From: Rhynchobatus australiae
Lineage: Eukaryota
Length of the DNA stretch: 64,000 nucleotides
Assembly: GCA_034780895.1 (NCBI GenBank)
Contig: JAUZTB010000127.1
Location: forward strand, 25,492,691-25,556,690
Direction of reading: 5' to 3'
Shown here in pieces: positions 52,186 to 63,365 of the stretch. Below the pieces are notes generated by a model that saw nothing but the letters and a program-made list of their open reading frames with translations, made no database searches and was not told the origin of the DNA. The translations under genes were made by a program, and so were the position numbers. Each line of letters opens with the position of its first letter. The stretch's first letter is position 1.

Positions 52186-52660
52186 CATTCTTCTTCTTAG
52201 GCAGTCCTTCAGGATTGTGGATGACTTCCTCCACTCTGGTTTTTTGGTCTCTAAGGTGCCAAATGAAGCCAATGTGGAAACCACAGACTCTTCCATAGAT
52301 GGGGTAGGAAGCAGCTGACCGAGCAGGAGGGTGGGTAGTTAGTGAAGTGATATGTTTCTTCAGTGCTAATGCACGGCCTATATGCTCCTGATGCATGGTC
52401 ATCCTGAATGCTGCTTCTCCACATGTATGACAGTGGTTCCCAAGAGTCAGTGAGGATGTGGTACTTCTTCAAGGAAGCCTGAATCTTTATCTCTGCCATC
52501 CTTGTAATCTCTTCCCATGACAGAGCTTGGAATGAAGTGTCTATTTTGGGAATCTGGTGATGGGCATTCAAATAATGTGGCCTGCCCAGTGTAGACATCT
52601 GAGAGTAGAAAGGAGTTCAATGCAGAAGGTGATGGCCTGAGAGAAGAAGATGACCTTGGT
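52186..52660 (-). mobile_element. RTE-clade LINE 3' fragment
   Basis: Reverse strand ASLKKYHILTDSWEPL...WRSSI resembles the RTE RT C-terminus; tail TAA(GAA)n at ~52187-52200. Confidence 0.7.
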
Positions 52661-52669
52661 TCACCAATC

Positions 52670-53005
52670 AAACTGCTGGAGGAACTCAGAGGGTCAAGCA
52701 GCATCCGTGGAGGCAAAGGGATGGTTGCCATTTCAGATCAAGCCCCTGCATCAGGACTGAGAGTGCAGAGGGGAGATATCCAGTATAAAGAGGTGAGAGN
52801 NNNNNNNNNNNNNNNNNNNNNNNNNNNNNNNNNNNNNNNNNNNNNNNNNNNNNNNNNNNNNNNNNNNNNNNNNNNNNNNNNNNNNNNNNNNNNNNNNNNN
52901 NNNNNNNNNNNNNNNNNNNNNNNNNNNNNNNNNNNNNNNNNNNNNNNGAGCCAGGTGGGGGAGGGGAGGCAGAGGCAGAGACAGAGGCTACGAGATGATG
53001 TGGAG
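52670..53005 (-). mobile_element. Penelope-type terminus (spans a gap)
   Basis: aaactgctggaggaactcag...tttcagatcaagcccctgcatcaggactgagag. Confidence 0.75.
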
Positions 53006-53249
53006 ATTCCCTCCTGTGATCTCTCTAATCTATGATCATTCCCCTTCACCACCCAAATTTGTATCCCTATTGCTCAACTCAAGATCCTCTCCCATTTCTT
53101 CATGATGGGAGATCACTGAGGCAAAGAAAAGTTTGTGAGCATGCAAAGCTTGGAATTGCTGGTTGTAACTATGCGTGTTTGAATATTGGACCTCCATGGT
53201 CTTGCATAATACTATGTGAAGTATCTTTACAACACTTTAATGACCTTAG

Positions 53250-53545
53250 AGACGGCACAGTGGCACAGCTAGTAGAGCCACTGCCTCACAGCATCAGGGA
53301 CCCAGGTTCAAGACTGTTCTTGGCTGCTATGTGTGTAGAGTTCGTGTGTCCTCCCTATGAGTCCTCCTCTGGATGCTCTGATTCCCTCCCACATCCCAAC
53401 TACGTGCACATTGGTAGGTTACTTGACCTAAACTGTGCAAAAAGTGAAATGGGATTAATGTAGGACTGATGTAAATGGGTGGTTGATGGTCAGCATCGGC
53501 ACGAGGGGCCATGTGGTTTCCATGCCTGATCTCTCTGTGATGAGA
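53250..53545 (+). mobile_element. Full-length HE1/V-SINE-type tRNA-derived SINE
   Basis: A-box TGGCACAGCTAG, B-box GGTTCAAGAC, V-domain-like core (tccctcccacatccca) and CR1-like tail. Confidence 0.85.
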
Positions 53546-53807
53546 TATTNNNNNNNNNNNNCTCAACTAGGTCAAAATCTTTTATAATCTTAACCTCCGT
53601 TAGGTCAATTAGTGAGGTATAAAAATTACAATGTTTTTTTAAGAAAAATTATTTTAATTTTCATGTGAATATGATGAATTTCAGAACCTGCTGTCTAATT
53701 GTAATTTGTTTGAAAGTACGCAAAGTGATTATAACAATAGATGAAAATCATACATATAGGATATCACATTAAGCAATTGCAACAACAGAAACTTAGGTTA
53801 AAGAGAA

Positions 53808-53975
53808 ACAAAAACAGAAAATGCTAGAAATACTCAGCAGGCCAGGCAGAATCAGTGCAGCAAGAAACGGAGTTGATGTTTTGGGTCAGTGACCTTTGAT
53901 TTTGCTCGACCTGATGAGTCTTTCCAATATTTTCCATTTTTGTTTCAGATTCCCAACATCTGCATTATTTTGATT
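53808..53975. mobile_element. Fold-back pair of Penelope-type termini
   Basis: Imperfect inverted arms at ~53818-53841 and ~53910-53933. Confidence 0.65.
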
Positions 53976-56251
53976 TTGAATTACAGTGCAACTTCAATAT
54001 AGGGTGCCATGTTCTGTCACATTTTCAAATATATCAGCTGTATTATCACAATCCCCTTGATGTTAATTAACAAAATGTTAGTTTCGCTTATAACTCGAGA
54101 GTTAAAGATGTTGCCTCGCATGCACATTATCTCGAAGTTACACTGTTTCTAAAAGCAACTCATTGGTACACTTGTTAAAAATATAATAAAATTAAACTTC
54201 AACTACTATCGTTCTGCTCTGATCAAATTCATGTTCCAAGTACCGTGAATCTCAAAAATCAAAAGTAATATTTGTTTGAACATCTCTGGATGTGCAGTGA
54301 AAACCAAGCATGGTAGGAAGATGTGGGCAGCAGTGTTGATTACAATGATTAAACTAGAATCAGTCTTCAGATTTGTTATATTTTTTTAAAAAAACCTTGG
54401 ATAACCTTGTGCTATACAATTGTAGAAAAGCTTTGAGATACACTACTTCCATGCTCAGGGGGTTAGATTATTATAAAGTGAATTATTCTAATCGGATTCT
54501 GGAACTGTTCCATCATTAACTGTATTATATCCAACAGAGTTCTCAGATAACCCTTTTCTATCTAGCCTCAGCAGGCTTGGAAGCAGAGCAATAAGGCTCT
54601 TGAGTGAATTTAGAGTGTCGCAGAACCATGATCGCAATGACACANNNNNNNNNNNNNNNNNNNNNNNNNNNNNNNNNNNNNNNNNNNNNNNNNNNNNNNN
54701 NNNNNNNNNNNNNNNNNNNNNNNNNNNNNNNNNNNNNNNNNNNNCACAGTGACCTGGTAGCCAAGCAACAGAAAACTCAATGTGAACAATACTAAGTAAG
54801 ATGAAAATAAATGAAATGCAAACCTAGGAAAATGCCTGTTTGTTTGCTGAAGAGCTGTGAGGACTCTGTGATGGTTTTGAGTCAGTTTGTTTTGGGAAAT
54901 AATTGAAAATGATTGGTAGTTACAGGTGTTCTTCTGCTAATTAGAGCAAAGAGCCAGTGAAGAGGAAGAGACCAATTACCCTCTACATTTGGGCCTTCCA
55001 AACTAAGCAGGATTTCAGCTTCTCAATAACATTCAAAGGGATTATGTGCTAACATTCATATTTAAAAAGCATTTATTTTGTACTTATTTAATAGAGATAA
55101 AGAGAATATTCACTTGATTGTTCAAGAAAAACTCATTCAATTCGAGTAAGCTTCATTCATTTGGAAAGAAGTGGATAAATACGGAGTGGGAATTCCATTA
55201 TCCGGTTTGTGTGGAATTCCCTCTCCCGAAGCCAGACTGAAAATGGAAATTGGGGGATAATTGAGTCTTGAGATTTTCCTTTGGCACACACTCATACTAC
55301 AGCAATGTTCTGGATGTGTGAATATTTTCTGCATATATTACAGTAAAAANNNNNNNNNNNNNNNNNNNNNNNNNNNNNNNNNNNNNNNNNNNNNNNNNNN
55401 NNNNNNNNNNNNNNNNNNNNNNNNNNNNNNNNNNNNNNNNNNNNNNNNNNNNNNNNNNNNNNNNNNNNNNNNNNNNNNNNNNNNNNNNNNNNNNNNNNNN
55501 NNNNNNNNNNNNNNNNNNNNNNNNNNNNNNNNNNNNNTATCTTGGTACAAGTGACAATAATAAACCAATACCAAAATGACCAGATTTGGGGTAGTAAGGA
55601 TGCTTAATCAATAATTCAGGCCACCCACTGTTGTAACTATTGTATGCAAGATGGTTTGCAGGAACCTACCTGCTTGTAGGAATCAGAATCCTTTTTAACT
55701 TCAATAAGAATATTCGCCATAGAATTAATTACAATTTAAATTTAATCCTAGCCAGCTGGTTTGTTAGAATTCCATTCTTGAAACACCTTACCTACCTCTC
55801 TGGCCATTTAATATTGGGGTGGTTGAAAATATCTACTGTGATTATTAATCTCTGTTTTATATTCATTTCCCTAATCCACTTCCACATTTTTCCTCCATCT
55901 CCTTTCCACTGTGGTGTGGTCTGTCATCTATTCCTGTGGATGATTGATTGTTCCTTATCTCTTGTTCATGGGGATTCTATTCCCATTTTATGTTGGCTGT
56001 TCCTTTTCTCCACTGCTGTTACATTATCTTGCAATTGTAGTGTTGTTGTAGCACAGTATGAGGCCATTTGGCGTACTGAATCTGTGTTCGATCCTTGTTG
56101 AGCAATCTAGTCCGTTTCATTCCCCTGCTCATTCCCTATGACCTTGCAAATTGTTTTCCCTCGAGTGTTCATCTAATTGCCTTTTGAAAGTCCTAGTAGA
56201 CTCTTTTTTTCACTACCTTGCAGGCAGTGATATCCAGATTCTTAAATCCAT

Positions 56252-57100
56252 TGTAGTAGGGGATAGTAAACTTATAGTAGGGAATAGTGAATTCTTGGCT
56301 CGGTATTGGTTTAGTATTGTCACTTGTACCAAGGTACAGTGAAAAACTTGTCTTGCATACCGATTGTACAGGTCAATTNNNNNNNNNNNNNNNNNNNNNN
56401 NNNNNNNNNNNNNNNNNNNNNNNNNNNNNNNNNNNNNNNNNNNNNNNNNNNNNNNNNNNNNNNNNNNNNNNNNNNNNNGTACATGCCCTCAGGCTTCTGT
56501 ATCTTCTAACTGATGGAAGAGGAGAGAAGAGAGAATGTTCTGAGTAGGTGGGGTCTTTGATTATGCTGGCTGCTTCGCCAAGACAACGAGATGTAAAGAC
56601 AGAGTCCCCTACTGCAGCAAAGAGAGAAAAGGGAGATGATCAAGTAGAGAAAGATAAAAGGGGACTTTACAGGTTTGGTACCAGGCAGTGAAAGTCTGTA
56701 ATAGGCTCAACTGGCCCGAGCCACAAGCTGTAGGTTAAAGTTCACTTTAGCAAACTCATGCCTAGTTACCAGCCTGACAACTATCCCATAGACTCCAGGA
56801 TGGAAGCTTGCCATTGTACATATAAAGTAAAAGTGGAACAGCTCAAAACTCACATAGCACATAGGCACTGAAGCTTGACGTTGCAAAAGCCTTACCTCAC
56901 TCTATGTATACACAGCACATGCAGGATATAGTTAGTTGGGGGGAAAGTAGATAAGAAATAGTATAAGAATAATGGAAACCTTGGATCAGGGAGCATTCAT
57001 TCCAGGACGAGTGACTCACCTGTTGATGTCAGCTTGTAATAAAGAGTAAGTTTGATTTGAAGGTAAACTCCAGACTCTGTGTGAATTCTTCCCGTCTACA
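56252..57100 (+). mobile_element. Solo LTR with 4-bp TSD (CCAT), itself interrupted by a Rex1 fragment
   Basis: ccat|TGTAG...CTACA|ccat (TSD at 56248-56251 and 57101-57104); TATAAG at 56962-56967; AATAAA at 57038-57043. Confidence 0.8.
56302..56607 (-). mobile_element. Rex1/Babar 3' fragment nested in the solo LTR
   Basis: Reverse complement closely matches 13828-13955 and 14160-14225 of the + strand Rex1 copy. Confidence 0.88.
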
Positions 57101-60100
57101 CCATCTTATACCTTTTGCGCATCATTTTGAATCAGCGTCTCCTGGTACTTAAACCATCTATGAATGGAAACAGATTCTATCTCTTTACTCTTGCTAAATC
57201 TATTTTGTCTGAATCTATGAAATCTCTTTCAAATTTTCTATGCTCTGATGAGAACAAACCAGTTTCTCCAATTTACCTTGCAGCTAAAATCCCTCATCCC
57301 TGGAGCCACTTCAGTACATCTTTCTTGCACCCTGTCAAAAGACCTTCATGTTCTTCACAATATGTCATGAATAGGATTGGGCACAATACTCTAGTTGTAT
57401 TTGAAATGATGTTTTTAATAAAGATTCAACCATACATTGCCTCTATTTACAAAAGTCAGGATCCTATATATTATTAATTGCTCTCTGAGCATGGACATAA
57501 ACACCCAGATCCCTCTGTTCGTGTATGCCCTTTAGAATTGTGCTGTTTAGATTTTTTTCTCTCTCACTGTTCATTTTGCCAAAGTGCATCACTTAAAGCT
57601 TCTCCATTGAATTTCATCCACCACTTGTCAACCTATGCTGCTGGTCTCTCTATGTCCTCCTCTGGTTTGTTACTATCTTCATAACTGTCCAAATTTGGTG
57701 TCACTTGCAAGTTTCGAAACTTAACCTATACACCCATATCCAATGGTATCAAATAATACATAAAGGGTAATTCTAACTCCTTTTAAACTGCTTTTATACT
57801 TTGTTGGGATTGGGNNNNNNNNNNNNNNNNNNNNNNNNNNNNNNNNNNNNNNNNNNNNNNNNNNNNNNNNNNNNNNNNNNNNNNNNNNNNNNNNNNNNNN
57901 NNNNNNNNNNNNNNNNNNNNNNNNNNNNNNNNNNNNNNNNNNNNNNNNNNNNNNNNNNNNNNNNNNNNNNNNNNNNNNNNNNNNNNNNNNNNNNNNNNNN
58001 NNNNNNNNNNNNNNNNNNNNNNNNNNNNNNNNNNNNNNNNNNNNNNNNNNNNNNNNNNNNNNNNNNNNNNNNNNNNNNNNNNNNNNNNNNNNNNNNNNNN
58101 NNNNNNNNNNNNNNNNNNNNNNNNNNNNNNNNNNNNNNNNNNNNNNNNNNNNNNNNNNNNNNNNNNNNNNNNNNNNNNNNNNATGTGGCTACATAGCAAT
58201 GCCTTTTTCAGTCCCTCTCATGTGAAAATCAACCTTTTCCAGAATACATGATCACACATTTTCTGGGTTGAATCATATCACTCTGAGTATTAAGCCAAGC
58301 CCTGAGCAGAATTAATCATGTTTTCATAGATGTGCTGTTAACGATATCATGTAATGACATCATAACCAGAGTAATACGTGTGTAGAGCACTGCTGGAAGA
58401 AATTACATTTTATTGGTCCAAATCATATCTGTCAGTGGTCATTTATGATCCAACCATGTTTTTTTTTATATAGCTTTGCAGCTGCACAATTCAAGGAGGG
58501 GCTTCTTGAGCAGGTCTAGCTTGCTTCAGTTTTATAAAGCTTTTTACTCAATGACTTTTCATAGGCCTCCCAGCCATGATACCAAATCCCTGCCTTCCCA
58601 GGCTTGTGACACTAGCCTAACATGCCCCATCATCCATCGATCATCTGGCCAACTCCACCCTCTGATCGCCACGACCTGTTCCAACCCACTACTCTACTCA
58701 TCTGACCTCACCCACTTTCTCGTGTTTCGATCACCCTCTGTGAGCCCTCCAATGCACCAAACATCTGACATGTGACCCCCACACCTACCAACTGACTCCC
58801 TCTTGACAGTTGATCACTGCCCCCAATCCACTGTTGGCCTCACTCCTGTCTTCACATTTCACAACTGCCTTACTCACCAACAATCCCCCTACTCCCAATT
58901 TACAATTGCAGACCCCACCACCACAGAGCATTGGTGCCCAACCCTTGTCCTGACCATCCCTCTTTCCAGTGGCGGTCCCTCCCATACTGCCAACTACACT
59001 CAACCCTCATATCTCCAGTGACCTTTTTTCGTTCACATTTGGAGGCCAAGCATTGCTGGCCATTTGGTTCATTCATGGAAGCACATGAGAAGATGGACAA
59101 TACTTAACATCTGCTAAATACATGCCCTTTTCCAATCCCTTGTGCACAGTGTCACTCTCTGACAACAAACTTCCATGACAAGCATTAGGAAAACGTGGAT
59201 CACTTCCCATCTCTCAGTGAGAGATATACTGATGATGAAATTTACCATTGCATTCTGTTCGCCAGCATAGCCTTCAGCCATCTGAAAATAAGAGCATTTG
59301 AAAAGGCCTCATACCCAAGATGAAGCTGATGGTGTCGACTGCCTCAGAGCAGCGGATGACCAACAACAGGCATCGCAAAATTCTGGAGAAATACTACTAA
59401 CATTTTCCCTGGGAAAAACCACTGGCAGAATTAATGAACCAATGTCATTGCCCTCACCCAAACCAACATTCCAGCACCGAGGCTCCAATTACACTCAGTC
59501 TCTTCCAATTGGCTGGCCATGTTATTTGCATACTCAATACCACATTTCCAAAACAGACTCTCTGTTACCATCACAGCAAAAGAGGGACTGAGGAAACAAT
59601 CGGGTGTTTTCAAAACCGCCTTGAGGAAGTGTTACAAACCCACCAAACTGTGGGAGACCCTGTAATATGACCACCATGTCCTCTTGTTGAGACTATTAAG
59701 AAGGCCAGCATAAACTATCAACCTGCCTGCTCAAGCAAGCACCTCTTTCTCAACTTGTAACAGAGTCCATCAGTTCCACATTGGCTTTATTGGGCACCTG
59801 ATAAACTGTACAACTAGTGTGAAAACAGGTCATCCTCAATTCAGAAGGACTGATGAAAAAAAGAACAGAGATAGTCAAATAACGCAACCTGTATAATATT
59901 TTGTTGCTTACTTGTGCTCCCCCTCTCCACCCCCACCCCCTCTCTCATGCATGCACATACACAAAAGAAATGTTGATTATTTCTAGTTTAAGTTTGCAAA
60001 CCTGACCTTGAAAATGGATTATCATGATCTCAAAGTGATCCTCATCCATTGTGGGATCACTGGTAGGTCTGTGTTCATCGTTTTAATATTTAACCAGGTA

Positions 60101-60139
60101 TTTCTGGTCACATGTTTTCTGTTTTTGTTTCTGTTTATT

Positions 60140-60460
60140 TGTTGATATGATGTTTATGCCACTGGCAATGCCAGCTTTTATTTTTCATCCCTAATGGCCT
60201 CGAAATGAGGAGGGAGTTAAGAATGAACGTCAGTTGTTCAGGTGGATAGTAGATTTCTGTTCCTGAAGAACATTAATGAACTGGTGATTTTGTTTTTAAT
60301 AATAATCTGATAGTTTCATGGTTGCCATACTGAGTCTATTTTTTTTTAAATTCCAGATTTATTTAATTACTTGAATACAAATTCTCCAGCTGTCATAGTG
60401 AGATTTGAATTTGTGACTCTGAATCAATGGTCCAGAACTCTGGCTGTTAGTGCAGTAACT
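60140..60460. mobile_element. Old LINE/SINE-derived repeat fragments
   Basis: ccactggcaatgccagctttta..tttcatccctaat resembles the tail at 48255-48300; the rest is a degraded repeat. Confidence 0.45.
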
Positions 60461-61289
60461 GTTATGCCTCATAGCCCTAGGCACACACTAAAACACATTA
60501 ACCCTCATGCAATACTTGTTCAGGTTATTGCCAGAGGAAACTGGGTCACGTTTTTCCACTTCAGAAATATAGCTGGGCATTCACAGCAAAAGCACGTTTT
60601 CTGTGTTCTGTTGTGTTAAGGAGCACACTTTGAAGAAGCGATCACCCAATTTGCGCAAACGTCTATTGCAAAACATTCTGGAGGCTAACTGCTGATCTGA
60701 AGTGGGCTTCGATGGCCAGAGAGAGTTTGGGCAAAGCACAATGCCGTTTCTCATGTAACCTTTGCACCACCATCAGTGGTGTTCTTGCAGGGTCTGCTGC
60801 ATGAGCTGCAGCTGCAGGGTAGGTTTCGAGGACAGGAAACATGTTGCCTGGACACACAGGGGAGAAGAAGAAGTCTTCATTATTTGAAGGTACCACCCTC
60901 CAAGAGTGTTCAGGGATCTTGACCGCTCTCCAAATAAGTAGGTTAAAAGACAGAGGAAGATAAGTTACTTTTCAAAGTTATTTTGCTTTCCTTCTGTTTT
61001 AAAATTATATATAACTTTATTTTTAGTTAATTTATTTATAATTTTAAAAGTATTTACTTCAACTTTAATAGTTTTAAAATATCTCAGGAATGTTTAAAAT
61101 GATTAGTATCACATAGATTATTAATACCAAATTATTAATATCAAAGCTCTGTCCAAGCTTTGCCAAAGGTGTTTCAAGACTAAGGCTTCTGCCTAATGCA
61201 GCCTGAAGCCTTGTCACAAAGGTGTGAGGGGCCAATGGTAAATGCCCTCTGTTTTGAGCCCAAGCATGGCATACTACAGTTGGTGGAGG

Positions 61290-61850
61290 CTGGGTCAGCA
61301 CAATCTGGCTACAGGTTTTTTAAGTCAGCAGTAACAGGGATCTGTGATCTCCTCTGGGCAGAGCGCCTGTCTCGCACCCATACCTGGACTGCTCTGCCCG
61401 TGGAGATCAAGATCGCTGTCACCCTGAACTTCCTATTAGCTGCAGACCTCTGCTATATTTCATAGTTTGCTGATCACTTTAGCATTGTAGAAGTTGCTGA
61501 TACACTTTGCTCAAGGAAAGGGAACCTTGTTTTATTATACATTAGCAGAGACCATCAGAATTTGCAAGCATTGTGAGCACAGATGTGATGTTTCAGTTTT
61601 CCTTTTATAACCCAGACATCTTCGAGAATCGCGGATGACTTCATATTGCAAATAGTACTGAAAATCTTCTTCCCTGTCTTCAGTGTACAGTGTAGTGAGA
61701 ACACACAAGTTTTAACATATTTGGGCTTCTTCTACAGAGAGAGTACTTTGCATTATCAATGCTCAGGCATCCCTATAATAAGTAGGATGTACGTAGAACT
61801 TCCTCAGCCCCATGCAGGTAGTCTGTGCCAATGGCTTATAGAGAATGAGC
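61290..61850 (+). mobile_element. PIF/Harbinger transposase (HARBI1-like) fossil
   Basis: YRFFKSAVTGICDLL...TALPVEIKIAVTLNF...ADLCYIS*FADHFSIVEVADTL, then NPDIFENRG and SGIP. This matches Harbinger transposase motifs (ALPVxxKVxxALNF, GDxxxISQxxVHxxIxEVTDAL, FxNRKG). Disrupted. Confidence 0.78.
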
Positions 61851-62329
61851 AGAACTTGAGATAATGAATCAAGGAAATGAAAACCCCGTGGGATACAGAG
61901 AGGATTCATCACAGATTTCAGTCAAGTGGATTCACAAAGGATCCCTTCAAACAATTACAGTAACTGAAGTGTTCACACCTGGGAAGTGGCCATCAGCAGT
62001 TAATTTCCAGTCATTCTGGTGATGGAAAGACTTGCCTGTGATTGTGCAAGTACAACTAGTTTGCAAAAGACTGCAGTTTGTTAAAGCATAACATTGGACC
62101 AAATCTGGAGATGCATTAATTAGTCCAGTAATCTGNNNNNNNNNNNNNNNNNNNNNNNNNNTCTGATCAAATACCTTTGGAAATTGATGTTGGCAATTTC
62201 ATAATTTATCCAAATTCATAGTTTCAGACAGAACTGGTGCCAGAAACTTTAGGCAACAACATTGTCAGCATGCAAATAATAAGGGCAGCAAGGTGCTTTG
62301 AAATACAGTTCCATTTTTGGAGATGATCT

Positions 62330-63010
62330 TGCAAATGCAGGTGACAGGCTTTTGAGTCTGTTTGCACATGACATGATAAAGGTTTGAAGAGGTGACAAAA
62401 CTGTAAGAGAAACCAATTCCAATGAAAAACCTCACATAGGACTTGAAGCAGCAATTAACATTCATCTCAGATTGTGCAAAATGTGCAGGATCTTAAGTGG
62501 GGCAGACATTTTATATAATGTATCAGATTATAGTAGCATGACCTATTTCCAAACCATGCAATAGCTTAATTAGCTGTGTAATTCCGGATGCACAGCACCC
62601 ATTGCAATGGCTCCATTTGTTGATATCCATGCAATGAACACACCTGATTCTCTCAGTTACGGGTAAAGCCAAGGGAGAAATCTTTAGCATTTGCTTCTGC
62701 CAAGAGGTATGAGGAAATCTGTTACTAATACTGGGAAAGACTTGTGTGTAGCTTCCTGACAGTAAACATATCCATCACATGATTTCCAAAAACACTACAA
62801 CATATCCATCTCCTTGATGCATAGAATAGAGAGGTGCCATTGACTTTCAAACAATGTTGTCATCCATGGTGCTGCTGCTTTCAAGAACTTTCAAGTAAAG
62901 ATAGACTGGAAGTTCCATTTCAGCACAACATCACTGGATTTTTTGGTCCATCACTCAAACCTCTGTTGTCACTTGATCTATGCCTTCAGTTAGATTCTTG
63001 AAGCTTTAAG
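62330..63010 (-). mobile_element. Possible very old hAT transposase fossil
   Basis: With frameshifts the reverse strand gives IQ-DVVLKWN-SSLSLLES (cf. IQDVxTRWNSTxxMLER) near 62890-62940 and IAASSPM*GFS (cf. IPASSxxxERxFS) near 62425-62457, in the expected order. Confidence 0.35.
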
Positions 63011-63014
63011 GTTT

Positions 63015-63365
63015 AAGTCATAAAGAGATACATCATAGAAGCAGGCTGTTTGGCCTGCCAGCATGGTGCCAACCATCAACCACCCATTTACCGTAATTCT
63101 GCATTAATCCCATTTTTATTCTCCTCACATTTTCACCTCCACCCCCAGATTCCACCACTCACCTCCACACTGTGGTCAATTTACAGTGGCCAATTAACCT
63201 ACCAACCCACATCTTAGGGATGTGGGAGTAAACCGGAGAACCCAGAGGAAATCCAGGCAGTCACAGGGAAAATGTGCAAACTCCACATAGACAATACCCA
63301 AAATCAGGATTAAACCAGGTCTCTGGAGCTGAGGCAGGGGGCTCCACTAGCTACACTACTGTGCT
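63015..63365 (-). mobile_element. Full-length HE1/V-SINE-type SINE
   Basis: Reverse-complement relative of 53250-53545 (accatcaaccacccatttac, gggatgtgggag, ctagctacactactgtgc). Confidence 0.85.

Larger units (their letters stand above)
56045..57765 (-). mobile_element. CR1-type LINE fragment split by a solo LTR
   Basis: Antisense tail at ~56050-56100; resumes after 57104; reverse strand ..KLASDTKFGQ near 57685-57720. Confidence 0.7.

Noticed and set aside
53250-53330. tRNA gene (A and B boxes)
   Set aside because: It continues into a SINE body and LINE-like tail, and I see no convincing cloverleaf; it is a SINE head.
8512-53975. Recurrent ~30-50 bp motif as a CRISPR-like or other prokaryotic array
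   Set aside because: Copies are dispersed, on both strands, diverged and tied to Penelope remnants in a spliced vertebrate gene; there is no repeat-spacer periodicity and no cas genes.
3071-58199. Long ORFs containing X runs (e.g. 25312-26130, 11549-12094, 6341-6881, 57783-58199)
   Set aside because: They are open only because N gaps contain no stop codons.
61196-61465. Domesticated HARBI1 gene
   Set aside because: In-frame stop, deletions and no intact DDE region; a transposon fossil.
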